Origin: Macrostomum lignano
Lineage: Eukaryota
Assembly (NCBI GenBank): GCA_002269645.1
Contig: NIVC01000413.1
Span: 496,001-560,000, forward strand
Length of the DNA: 64,000 nt
Direction: 5' to 3'
Shown: piece by piece, positions 49,725 to 62,900 of the stretch
Layout of the letters: every line of letters starts with the position of its first letter
Position numbering within the stretch: position 1 is the stretch's first letter
Notes under the pieces: model-generated
Database searches by the model: none
The model's input: only the letters and a program-made list of their open reading frames with translations
Told to the model about the DNA's origin: nothing
Program-made: the position numbers and the translations under genes

Positions 49725-52700
49725 TGTGATTGGTAGTGCCCTATGCCAGCTACTGGTGTGACACCATTTTAAATAATTGGTAGTGCCCTATGCCAGCTAC
49801 TGGTGTGACACCATTTTAAATAATTGGTAGTGCCCTATGCCAGCTACTGGTGTGACACCATTTTAAATAATTGGTAGGGCCCTATGCAAGCTACTGGTGT
49901 GACACCATTTTAAATAATTGGTAGGGCCCTATGCAAGCTACTAGTGTGACACTATTTCCAATAACTGAAGTGCCCTATGCAAGCTACTGGTGTGACACTA
50001 CTTTCAATAACTGGAGTGCCCTATGCAAGCTACTGGTGTGACACTACTTTCAATAATTGGTAGTGCTCTATGCCAGCTACTGGTGTGACACTATTTTCAA
50101 TAACTGGAGTGCCCTATGCAAGCTACTGGTGTGACACTATTTCAATAACTGAAGTGCCCTATGCAAGCTACTGGTGTGACACTATTTTCAATAACTGGAG
50201 TGCCCTATGCAAGCTACTGGTGTGACACTACTTTCAATAACTGGAGTGCCCTATGCAAGCTACTGGTGTGACACTACTTTCAATAACTGGAGTGCCCTAT
50301 GCAAGCTACTGGTGTGACACTATTTTCAATAACTGGAGTGCCCTATGCAAGCTACTGGTGTGACACTACTTTCAATAATTGGTAGTGCTCTATGCCAGCT
50401 ACTGGTGTGACACTACTTTCAATAATTGGTAGTGCTCTATACCAAGCTACTGGTGTGACACTATTTTCAATAACTGGAGTGCCCTATGCCAGCTACTGGT
50501 GTGACACTATTTTCAATAACTGGAGTGCCCTATGCCAGCTACTGGTGTGACACTATTTTCAATAACTGGAGTGCCCTATGCAAGCTACTGGTGTGACACT
50601 ACTTTCAATAACTGGAGTGCCCTATGCAAGCTACTGGTGTGACACTACTTTCAATAATTGGTAGTGCTCTATGCCAGCTACTGGTGTGACACTACTTTCA
50701 ATAATTGGTAGTGCTCTATACCAAGCTACTGGTGTGACACTATTTCCAATAACTGAAGTGCCCTATGCCAGCTACTGGTGTGACACTATTTTCAATAACT
50801 GGAGTGCCCTATGCCAGCTACTGGTGTGACACTATTTTCAATAACTGGAGTGCCCTATGCCAGCTACTGGTGTGACACTATTTTCAATAACTGGAGTGCC
50901 CTATGCCAGCTACTGGTGTGACACTATTTTCAATAACTGGAGTGCCCTATGCAAGCTACTGGTGTGACACTATTTTCAATAACTGGAGTGCCCTATGCAA
51001 GCTACTGGTGTGACACTACTTTCAATAACTGGAGTGCCCTATGCAAGCTACTGGTGTGACACTACTTTCAATAATTGGTAGTGCTCTATGCCAGCTACTG
51101 GTGTGACACTACTTTCAATAATTGGTAGTGCTCTATACCAAGCTACTGGTGTGACACTATTTCCAATAACTGAAGTGCCCTATGCAAGCTACTCGTGTGA
51201 CACTATTTTCAATAACTGGAGTGCCCTATGCCAGCTACTGGTGTGACACTATTTTCAATAACTGGAGTGCCCTATGCCAGCTACTGGTGTGACACTATTT
51301 TCAATAACTGGAGTGCCCTATGCAAGCTACTGGTGTGACACTATTTTCAATAACTGGAGTGCCCTATGCAAGCTACTGGTGTGACACTATTTTCAATAAC
51401 TGGAGTGCCCTATGCAAGCTACTGGTGTGACACTACTTTCAATAACTGGAGTGCCCTATGCAAGCTACTGGTGTGACACTACTTTCAATAATTGGTAGTG
51501 CTCTATGCCTGCTACTGGTGTGACACTACTTTCAATAATTGGTAGTGCTCTATGCCTGCTACTGGTGTGACACTACTTTCAATAATTGGTAGTGCTCTAT
51601 ACCAAGCTACTGGTGTGACACTATTTCCAATAACTGAAGTGCCCTATGCAAGCTACTGGTGTGACACTATTTTCAATAACTGGAGTGCCCTATGCCAGCT
51701 ACTGGTGTGACACTATTTTCAATAACTGGAGTGCCCTATGCAAGCTACTGGTGTGACACTACTTTCAATAACTGGAGTGCCCTATGCAAGCTACTGGTGT
51801 GACACTACTTTCAATAATTGGTAGTGCTCTATGCCAGCTACTGGTGTGACACTACTTTCAATAATTGGTAGTGCTCTATACCAAGCTACTGGTGTGACAC
51901 TATTTCCAATAACTGAAGTGCCCTATGCAAGCTACTGGTGTGACACTATTTTCAATAACTGGAGTGCCCTATGCAAGCTACTGGTGTGACACTATTTTCA
52001 ATAACTGGAGTGCCCTATGCAAGCTACTGGTGTGACACTATTTTCAATAACTGGAGTGCCCTATGCAAGCTACTGGTGTGACACTATTTCAATAACTGAA
52101 GTGCCCTATGCAAGCTACTGGTGTGACACTACTTTCAATAATTGGTAGTGCTCTATGCCAGCTACTGGTGTGACACTACTTTCAATAATTGGTAGTGCTC
52201 TATGCCAGCTACTGGTGTGACACTATTTTCAATAACTGGAGTGCCCTATGCAAGCTACTGGTGTGACACTATTTTCAATAACTGGAGTGCCCTATGCAAG
52301 CTACTGGTGTGACACTATTTTCAATAACTGGAGTGCCCTATGCAAGCTACTGGTGTGACACTATTTCCAATCACTGAAGTGCCCTATGCAAGCTACTGGT
52401 GTGACACTACTTTCAATAACTGGAGTGCCCTATGCCAGCTACTGGTGTGACACTACTTTCAATAATTGGTAGTGCTCTATGCCAGCTACTGGTGTGACAC
52501 TACTTTCAATAATTGGTAGTGCTCTATGCCAGCTACTGGTGTGACACTACTTTCAATAATTGCATGGTAGTGCTCTATACCAAGCTACTGGTGTGACACT
52601 ATTTTCAATAACTGGAGTGCCCTATGCCAGCTACTGGTGTGACACTATTTTCAATAACTGGAGTGCCCTATGCCAGCTACTGGTGTGACACTATTTTCAA

Positions 52701-54075
52701 TAACTGGAGTGCCCTATGCAAGCTACTGGTGTGACACTATTTTCAATAACTGGAGTGCCCTATGCAAGCTACTGGTGTGACACTATTCCCAATAACTGAA
52801 GTGCCCTATGCCAGCTACTGGTGTGACACTATTTTCAATAACTGGAGTGCCCTATGCCAGCTACTGGTGTGCCACTACTTTCAATAACTGGAGTGCCCTA
52901 TACCAGCTACTGGTGTGACACTATTTTCAATAACTGGAGTGCCCTATACCAGCTACTGGTGTGACACTATTTTCAATAACTGGAGTGCCCTATGCAAGCT
53001 ACTGGTGTGCCACTACTTTCAATAACTGGAGTGCCCTATACCAGCTACTGGTGTGACACTATTTTCAATAACTGGAGTGCCCTATGCAAGCTACTGGTGT
53101 GACACTATTTCCAATAACTAAAGTGCCCTATGCCAGCTACTGGTGTGACACTATTTCCAATCACTGAAGTGCCCTATGCCAGCTACTGGTGTGACACTAT
53201 TTCCAATAACTGGAGTGCCCTATGCCAGCTACTGGTGTGACACTACTTTCAATAACTAAAGTGCCCTATGCAAGCTACTGGTGTGACACTATTTCCAATA
53301 ACTAAAGTGCCCTATGCCAGCTACTGGTGTGACACTATTTCCAATAACTGAAGTGCCCTATGCCAGCTACTGGTGTGACACTATTTCCAATAACTGGAGT
53401 GCCCTATGCCAGCTACTGGTGTGACACTACTTTCAATAACTAAAGTGCCCTATGCCAGCTACTGGTGTGACACTACTTTCAATAACTGGAGTGCCCTATG
53501 CCAGCTACTGGTGTGACACTACTTTCAATAACTAAAGTGCCCTATGCCAGCTACTGGTGTGACACTATTTCCAATCACTGAAGTGCCCTATGCCAGCTAC
53601 TGGTGTGACACTATTTCCAATAACTGGAGTGCCCTATGCCAGCTACTGGTGTGACACTACTTTCAATAACTAAAGTGCCCTATGCAAGCTACTGGTGTGA
53701 CACTATTTCCAATAACTAAAGTGCCCTATGCCAGCTACTGGTGTGACACTATTTCCAATAACTGAAGTGCCCTATGCCAGCTACTGGTGTGACACTATTT
53801 CCAATAACTGGAGTGCCCTATGCAAGCTACTGGTGTGACACTACTTTCAATAACTAAAGTGCCCTATGCCAGCTACTGGTGTGACACTACTTTCAATAAC
53901 TGGAGTGCCCTATGCCAGCTACTGGTGTGACACTACTTTCAATAACTGGAGTGCCCTATGCCAGCTACTGGTGTGACACTACTTTCAATAACTGGAGTGC
54001 CCTATGCCAGCTACTGGTGTGACACTACTTTCAATAACTGGAGTGCCCTATGCCAGCTACTGGTGTGACACTACT
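49725..54075. repeat. 46/47-bp satellite, about 4.3 kb (GAGTGCCCTATGCAAGCTACTGGTGTGACACTATTTTCAATAACTG)
   Basis: Direct periodicity with recurring variant blocks. Confidence 0.97.
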
Positions 54076-54689
54076 GGTCTGACAGACATTTTCCCATAAA
54101 GATTCGTCTGAAATCGCAGACACACCAGGGCCTGTGCATGCCATTAGTATAAGAAATCTTTTATAGATCGGAGAGAACCGATAGGAAGGCAGAAATTCGA
54201 TTCGAAAGACCAGATTAAGCAGCAGCTGGTGAGAGTCTGAGAGTGCGGCGGCAAACATTAATAATCTGTGGGCAAGGGGAGAAGTGCTCGGGCCGTCTTA
54301 AGAACTCAATTAATGCTTTCTTGTGCAAAGCTCAAAATTCAGATTCGGAAGTCTTCGAACCATTTCGAACAAGAGAGGACCATGCCAGTTTTTTAAACAA
54401 AAAATGTTTAAAATTGTTTGCCAAATCGAACGAACGGAATCTTGATGGAAAAATGAGAACACTGCGGCTAGGGCAGCCTCTTTTCCTGCCTATGTTCGAA
54501 TTCTGGTTAATTATTAACCCACAGACTGGCTTGTTCCATAACTACACTACCCTCTCCTTCTCACTCTCCTTTATCTCCCTCTCCTTCTCCCTGTCTCCTC
54601 CCTCTCTCCTTCTCCCTCTTCTTCTTCTTCCCCATCTATGTCTCCTCTCACTCTCATTCTTCATCTCGTCTCTCTCTCTCTTTCTCTCT

Positions 54690-56650
54690 ACTCGCCCTGA
54701 CGAAGAATTTACCAAATTCGCTCCTGAGTTTGGAGGTGTCCTCCTCTCTCCCCTCTCTCTTCCTCTCTCTCTCTCTCTCCCTCTCTCTCTCCCTCCCCCT
54801 CTCTCCCTCCCCTCTCTCTCCCTCTCTCTCTCCCTCCCCCTCTCTCCCTCCCCTCTCTCTCCCTCTCTCTCTCCCTCCCCTCTCTCTCTCCATCTCTCTC
54901 TCCCTCCCCTCTCTCTCCCTCTCTCTCTCCCTCTCTCTCTCCCCCCCTCTCTCCCTCCCCTCTCTCTCTCCCTCTCTCTCTCCCTCCCCCTCTCTCCCTC
55001 CCCTCTCTCTCTCCCTCTCTCTCTCCCTCCCCTCTCTCTCCCTCTCTCTCTCCCTCTCTCTCTCCCTCCCCCTCTCTCCCTCCCCTCTCTCACTCCCTCT
55101 CTCTCTCTCTCTTTCTCATCCGAGGCGGACGTTCAAGGGTGTGGTCAAGTCCCAGCTCATCAGATACGCCCGCAGGTGCTCCTGGATGGTCAACTTCAAT
55201 GCGGCCTGCACTGAGCTGCTGTCGAATCTGGTGCAGCACCAGGGCTTGCGTTTTCTACGCAATATCAAATACGAGGTGCTGGCGGAGCTGGGCTTCTGCC
55301 CGACAAGGCGGTCAAGATCACCATCAGCCAGAGGATCGACTGCAACTCGGTCAACGCTGTCTACACCGTGTTCTGCCGCCGCTGCAGCTGCACGGTCTAC
55401 GTCGGCGAGACGGTCAACAGCATCCGGGCCCGCATGCTAGCGCACGTCGGCGACATCAGCCACGCACGCGACACTCCGGTGGCCCGCCACTTCAGCAACG
55501 ATGGCCATAGTCTCGAGGACTTCGCCTTCACCGGAGTGTGGACGCGAGACGGCTCTGGACCCAAGGCCAATGAACGACCTCAACGTCAGGAAGCCAAACT
55601 CATCGCGGTCCTGAAGACTCTGGTCTCACATGGCGCCAACGAGCTGGCTGGGGTGCTGCACAATCCGGCAATCCCACTGATTGTGCCGCACTGCGCTGGG
55701 TCGGACCCCCTGGTTGCCAAGGTGAAGGACGGCGTGGCACGGCACTGCGATGCCCCTGTACTGCCGGCCTTTGCACTAAAGGGAGGAGCCTTCGGGATCT
55801 ACTCTGCCACAGCCAGCTCGAACCAGCTTCTGCCATTTGAGCGACACATGGTGCACTTTCACTCTACGTATTAATTTATTTACTTACTTATTTACTTTTT
55901 ATTATTCTGTGTTGACTCAGTTCATTTTGTTCTTTATTATTTGTTTTCACTTATTCAACCTTTGAGGGCGATCTGGGCCCACTGTATTGCGCAATCTCGC
56001 TTTAGCCAACCGGTTCTGGAATTTAGTCTTGACTCATAGTTGATGTACATACAGTATGCACATGCGCGATCTCTCCCCCCACTTTTCGCTTATATTTATT
56101 TGTCGGCTTCTCACAATAATTATATTCATTTTTGCCCTGACGAAGAATTTCGTATTCGAAATACTCGTATCGGCAACTAACTCTTTTTAGCTTTTCTTGT
56201 TTGTCTTGTTGCTTTGCCGTGTCAGCGCCCTCGGGATTGGAGGCTCTCTCTCTCCCCCCTCTCCCCCTCTCTCTCTCCCTCTCTCTCCCCCCTCCCTCTC
56301 TCTCTCCCTCTCTCTCCCCCTCTCCCTCTCTCTCTCTCCCTCTCTCTCCCCCTCTCCTCTCTCTCTCTCCCTCTCTCTCCCCTCCCCCTCTCTCTCTCCC
56401 TCTCTCTCCCCCTCTCCCTCTCTCTCTCTCCCTCTCTCTCTCTCCCTCTCTCTCCCCCTCTCCCTCTCTCTCTCCCTCTCTCTCCCCCTCTCCCTCTCTC
56501 TCTCTCCCTCTCTCTCTCTCCCTCTCTCTCCCCCTCTCCCTCTCTCTCTCCCTCTCTCTCCCCTCTCCCTCTCTCTCTCTCCCTCTCTCCCTCTCTCTCT
56601 CTCCCTCTCTCCCTCTCTCTCTCTCTCTCCCCCTCTCTCTCTCCTTCTTT
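54690..56650 (+). mobile_element. Truncated, internally deleted Penelope-like retroelement (RT thumb + GIY-YIG remnants, pLTR-like repeats)
   Basis: From 55117: HPRRTFKGVVKSQLIRYARRCS (PLE thumb-like). After a frameshift: ITISQRIDCNSVNAVYTVFC..C..VYVGET..IRARMLAH..VARHF..QEAKLI..HGAN (PLE-type GIY-YIG), stop at 55874. Flanked by two GCCCTGACGAAGAATTT...TTGGAGG-(CT-rich tract) units. Confidence 0.85.
56132..56176 (+). ncRNA. Minimal type I hammerhead ribozyme in the Penelope pLTR
   Basis: Stem I TTGCC(56132-36)/GGCAA(56172-76); core CTGACGA(56137-43) plus A; stem II GAAT-ttcgt-ATTC; GAAA(56158-61); stem III TAC-tc-GTA; cleavage triplet ATC ending at 56171. Confidence 0.8.
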
Positions 56651-56934
56651 CCAATTTTTCGACTCAAAGCGACCGAGAATGACAATAACTAAAACACACA
56701 TAGCTAAAACAGCTGTCATATTTTAATTATTGTTTCGTGTTAAAAAGGTTGAACTTTAATTTGAAAGAATTTTGGTAGAAAAGCTGATTGTTCACAATAT
56801 TTATTTGATTTTGTATTGATGGACGATAAACAGTAGTTACGCATTTTTAATCTACAGTGCATGGAATTTGAGACTTCATACGGCAAAGTCTCTCAAAATA
56901 CCAGTACAGAAGATTTCTCTCAAAATCTCTCAAA

Positions 56935-56944
56935 AGACAGACAC

Positions 56945-57005
<61 letters not shown>

Positions 57006-57006
57006 A

Positions 57007-57057
<51 letters not shown>

Positions 57058-57102
57058 AAGACAGACAGACAGACAGAAAGACAGACAGACAGACAGACAG
57101 AA

Positions 57103-57141
<39 letters not shown>

Positions 57142-57142
57142 A

Positions 57143-57217
<75 letters not shown>

Positions 57218-57218
57218 A

Positions 57219-57265
<47 letters not shown>

Positions 57266-57266
57266 A

Positions 57267-57343
<77 letters not shown>

Positions 57344-57355
57344 TACATACATACA
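56935..57355. repeat. (GACA)n microsatellite
   Basis: Direct reading. Confidence 0.97.
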
Positions 57356-58029
57356 GAGACAGGCATACAGACAGTTATACACAAAAAATAAAAACGGCGC
57401 ATTAGAAAACCTGGCTAGGCTAACGTATATTGCAATAATCTATATCCCGTTAAGCTACTATAAGTAGATTATAAGCTTGAATCTCAAGAATTCAGACAGA
57501 CTTCCAGCTAGAGTATACTAGTAATAAAAATAGTAGGAGAGAAATATTTAAACAAAAACAATACCAAATATGGAAAGCATACTTCTTGATTGAGCATAAT
57601 TTAAAAAATACACACACAGGGATAAGGTACAATCTCAGGAGACTCTTTATTGCTTTCGCTTTACATCTCAGCTGGGACACGGAATCAACAAGTCCTTGCT
57701 GAGCAATCAGCTTAGGCTATTAAATACTTGAGAAGTGACTCGAAGTGAATGTTTGATGCGGTACAAATTGATGCTGTATGACCCATTGGCTATGTTATTA
57801 TGAGTAGTAAAGAAGTTCAGCTTATAATGATGCTAATAATAATTACAGTTTTAACAAAATCAACAAGGTCATGAAATATCAATTCTATTAGGAGATAAAA
57901 AGTTAACCATCTATATTGGAGCTCATATTACTTGAGAATTAAAAAAAGACATTCTTAAACAGCTACATGATGTTTTACTGGTTTTGATTTCTGTTTCTTT
58001 CTGATAGAAAGCATTATAGGTCTATTGGT

Positions 58030-58730
58030 ATCCTTAATTGACCTTAAATAACCCCATTGTTATATTTGTTATCCTCAATTGACCCTAAATAACCCCATTG
58101 TTATATTTCGTATCCTCAATTGACCCTAAATAACTCCATTGTTATATTTGTTATCATCAATTGACCCTAAATAACCCCATTGTTATATTTGGTATCCTCA
58201 ATTGACCCTAAATAACCCCATTGTTATATTTGTTATCATCAATTGACCCTAAATAACCCCATTGTTATATTTCGTATCCTCAATTGACCCTAAATAACTC
58301 CATTGTTATATTTGTTATCATCAATTGACCCTAAATAACCCCATTGTTATATTTGGTATCCTCAATTGACCCTAAATAACTCCATTGGTATATTTGGTAT
58401 CCTTAATTGACCTTAAATAAGCCCATTGTTATATTTGGTATCCTCAATTGACCTTAAATAAGCCCATTTTTATGTTTGGTATCCTCAATTGACCTTAAAT
58501 AAGCCCATTGTTATATTTGGTATCCTCAATTTACCCTAAACAACCCCATCAGTATAGCATCCTGAATTGACCTCAAATAACCCCATCAGTATAGCATCCT
58601 GAATTGACCTCAAATAACCCCATCAGTATAGCATCCTGAATTGACCTCAAATAACCCCATCAGTATAGCATCCTGAATTGACCTCAAATAACCCCATCAG
58701 TATAGCATCCTGAATTGACCTCAAATAACC
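58030..58730. repeat. 41-bp minisatellite grading into a related 37-bp unit
   Basis: CAATTGACCCTAAATAACCCCATTGTTATATTTGGTATCCT, then TGAATTGACCTCAAATAACCCCATCAGTATAGCATCC. Confidence 0.92.
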
Positions 58731-58782
58731 GATTTATTCGTCACATTTCAGTTTATAAAATTCGGCAAATTTGCAGTCAGTG

Positions 58783-59350
58783 CTAAGTACTCGGCAGCAG
58801 CGAGTCCCGGTCATTGGAAACGATCGCCTCGCCCTCGCCCTCGCCCTCGCACTTCCCATCGCCTTCGCCCAGAAGATCGCCAGACTCTGCCGCAACATCG
58901 GCGAGGTTCCTCCGCAGTCTAGCCGGAGCCACCAGCAGTGCCAGCAGCGCGGCAAAGCAGACAGCCGCCATGGTCCAATTGATCCACAGCATTCTACCGG
59001 CCTTGTCAACCCCGACTCCGCCTGTTACTACGCCTAGAAACGCCATAGCAACCAGATTATTACCTAGCGTTAGGAAGCCACAGATCACGGATTCTGGGGC
59101 TGGATAAGCCAGATCGGCGGCCAGCTCGAAGAAGAATGGCACCGCCGAGTAGAGGAAAACGCATCCGGCACAGGAGGTGGCGAAGATCAGGGATGGCCAG
59201 GTGGGCAGGATGCCCAGACAGGTGAGACTGCGGGATGGCAGGTGCGAAGTGCAATTGCAGCGGAACTTGGTAAGGTGGATCTTAATAGGAAAGCTTAGAA
59301 TATGCCTGAACAGCATTTGCACATGCGCGGCTTTAGTGTTATACAGGGCC

Positions 59351-59405
<55 letters not shown>

Positions 59406-59406
59406 G

Positions 59407-59437
<31 letters not shown>

Positions 59438-59466
59438 CAGATAGATAGATAGATAGATAGATAGAC

Positions 59467-59561
<95 letters not shown>

Positions 59562-59562
59562 C

Positions 59563-59621
<59 letters not shown>

Positions 59622-59650
59622 CAGATAGATAGATAGATAGATAGATAGAC

Positions 59651-59705
<55 letters not shown>

Positions 59706-59722
59706 CAGATAGATAGATAGAC

Positions 59723-59757
<35 letters not shown>

Positions 59758-59808
59758 CAGATAGATAGATAGACAGATAGATAGATAGATAGATACATAG
59801 ATAGATAC

Positions 59809-59857
<49 letters not shown>

Positions 59858-59858
59858 C

Positions 59859-59893
<35 letters not shown>

Positions 59894-60079
59894 CAGATAG
59901 ATAGATAGACAGATAGATAGATAGATAGATACATAGATAGATACATAGATACATAGATAGATAGATAGACAGATAGATTGATAGATAGATAGACAGATAG
60001 ATAGATAGACAGATAGATAGATAGATAGATACATAGATAGATACATAGATAGATAGATAGATAGATAGACAGATAGATT

Positions 60080-60116
<37 letters not shown>

Positions 60117-61576
60117 GTAGGTAGACGACCCTTTCCTCAGCTTAAACCCTTCAACCGCGCCTTTCCACACAACCCCCACCGCCCGCCCCAATTTTTATTG
60201 CCTTTCTCGGAATTCCAGTCTAAAGCTGCCATGTAAATTTTAATGGACTGGCTGATGTACATTATTGCTGAACCAATTAGCAAGTTGTTTACGACGCCTG
60301 AAAGCTTGGGCTTCAAAACTTATACGAGTAAAGTCATTCCAGCTGCCTTTATTTTTATAAAATAGCTTATGTATTCCTCTTTGCTACTGAACTGAAAGTA
60401 GAAAGCTGTTTTACCAAGCATTTATGCCTGAGTGGCCCATCTAGTTATTTTAGTATCTGCGACCGTGGCGCGACAGTCAGACGCGCACCTAAGCTAGTTT
60501 GAGAACGCTCACCTGAAGCAGAGATAGGCTACGCCAGACAGCAACAGCAGAATCAACAGACAAGGCCTCAATCGATTCCTCAACCGGCCGCTCAACAATG
60601 CCACAGGCAGGCAGACTAAACCAGCTGACAGAACCGACCAGAAACCGGCAGCGTCCGCCTGCGCAACACTGGCGCCGAGGGTTTCCACGTTCAAATTAAA
60701 TGCGGCAAGAAATCCTCCATTAACGCCAGCAACAATTGAATAGGCCAGACAGGCTGACCACAGTGCGAAACAAGTGCCCCCGTTATCGCCTCGGCCAATC
60801 AGCTGCGCGAGACTGTCTCGAAAGCTGAGTCGATTAACCTGAGCACTGGCGCTGCTAGGCAGTTTAGGCTTAGCGGGGAAGTAAGCAACGAATAATAACA
60901 GCGAGAAGAATGCTAATCCGCATTCCAGGTACAGCAGGTGGGCTACACTCTGTCGAATATCTTCCACAGTGGTATTAGTTGAATTCTTAACAAACAGATG
61001 GCCGAATTGGAATGAGAACGCGCTACCAACATAGTTACTAAGCGTAGCCACCGATGTTGATAGAATCCGTTCACCGGGTGGAAACCATACGGCCGATAGG
61101 GCGGGTGGCAACGCCATAGCAACCGGGCAGGACAGGCCGCAGAATAGGGCATCAATATGGCAAACAATTGTGAATGCTTCCGTGAAGGAAGCTGACTGGG
61201 CAAGGAAGCACGGAGCCACTGTGCCAACAGCCATTAGAGAGGCACCGGACAGACAGGCGACTTTCAAACCGCAGCGATTAACAATGATGAGGCTGGGAGC
61301 CAGCGCGATCACAAACCCGATGGGAGCCCAATTTGGCAGCATGCCAAACTCGAAATTGCCCCAGGAGTAAGCCGACTGCATTGCGTCTTTTAAAGGGCCC
61401 CAGGTGTTCCAAATCACGCCCTGATTGAATGCAAGCAAGCAATAGACTGCCAGAATGTACCAGCGACGCTTGTACACGCGGTAAGGACAAGGATTGATGA
61501 CGTCACTATGCGAGTCTCCGCGCGCTGCGCCCATAGCGTCCTCCAGCGTGTCGTAAATTTGCACCTGGGCAGCCAT
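58783..61576 (-). CDS. SLC49A4: MFS transporter of the SLC49 family, SLC49A4/DIRC2-like, about 502 aa
   Basis: Exons 61576-60513 (donor AG|GTGAG) and 59227-58783 (acceptor CCCGCAG), phase 2 consistent. Motifs [47 protein letters not shown]...YP.PE...CG and W.NW. Confidence 0.88.
59351..60120. repeat. (GATA)n/(GACA) array in the SLC49A4-like intron
   Basis: Direct reading. Confidence 0.98.
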
Positions 61577-61659
61577 GCCCGGCTGTGTTGGCTGTGGGCG
61601 TGTCTGTGCTGCTTAGCTAGTGGTGCACTAATTGGTGGACGGGTGCTGAAATGGGAATA

Positions 61660-61760
61660 TAGATAGATAGGTGATAGATACATAGATGGATAGATAGATA
61701 GATAGGATAGATAGATAGATAAATAGATAGATAGATAGATAGATAGATAGAAAGATAGGT

Positions 61761-61816
<56 letters not shown>

Positions 61817-61887
61817 GATAGATAGGCTGGATAGTTGATAGATAGATAGATAGATAGATGATAGATAGATAGATAGATGGATAGATG

Positions 61888-61930
<43 letters not shown>

Positions 61931-61988
61931 GGATAGATGGATAGATAGATAGATAGATAGGATAGATAGATAGATAGATAGATAGATG

Positions 61989-62019
<31 letters not shown>

Positions 62020-62071
62020 GGATAGATAGATAGATACATAGATAGATAGACAGATAGATAGATAGATAGAT

Positions 62072-62102
<31 letters not shown>

Positions 62103-62114
62103 GGATAGATAGAT

Positions 62115-62158
<44 letters not shown>

Positions 62159-62163
62159 GATAA

Positions 62164-62213
<50 letters not shown>

Positions 62214-62214
62214 C

Positions 62215-62253
<39 letters not shown>

Positions 62254-62279
62254 GGATAGATAGATAGATAGATGGATAA

Positions 62280-62357
<78 letters not shown>

Positions 62358-62500
62358 GGATAGATAGTTGATAGATAGATAGATAGATAGATGATAGATA
62401 GATAGATAGATGGATAGATAGATAGATAGATGGATAAATAGATAGATAGATAGATAGATGGATAGATGGATAGATAGATAGATAGATAGATGGATAGATG

Positions 62501-62551
<51 letters not shown>

Positions 62552-62675
62552 GGATAGATAGTTGATAGATAGATAGATAGATAGATGGATAGATAGATAG
62601 ATAGATGGATAAATAGATAGATAGATAGATAGATGGATAGATGGATAGATAGATAGATAGATAGATGGATAGATG

Positions 62676-62738
<63 letters not shown>

Positions 62739-62802
62739 GGATAGATAGTTGATAGATAGATAGATAGATAGATGGATAGATGGATAGATAGATGGATAGA
62801 TG

Positions 62803-62890
<88 letters not shown>

Positions 62891-62900
62891 TTCTAGATAG
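61660..62900. repeat. (GATA)n/(GATG) array upstream of the SLC49A4-like start
   Basis: Direct reading. Confidence 0.98.

Noticed and set aside
49725-54075. CRISPR-like regular repeats here and in other arrays
   Set aside because: No unique spacers and no cas genes; eukaryotic context.
54697-54720. Second hammerhead as an active ribozyme
   Set aside because: Has CUGACGA and stem II but lacks GAAA and a stem I partner; treated as a degenerate copy.
54243-55214. 323-aa and overlapping SL/ER-rich ORFs here and at 56.0-56.7 kb
   Set aside because: Products of CT/GA low-complexity tracts; only the thumb and GIY-YIG segments are meaningful.
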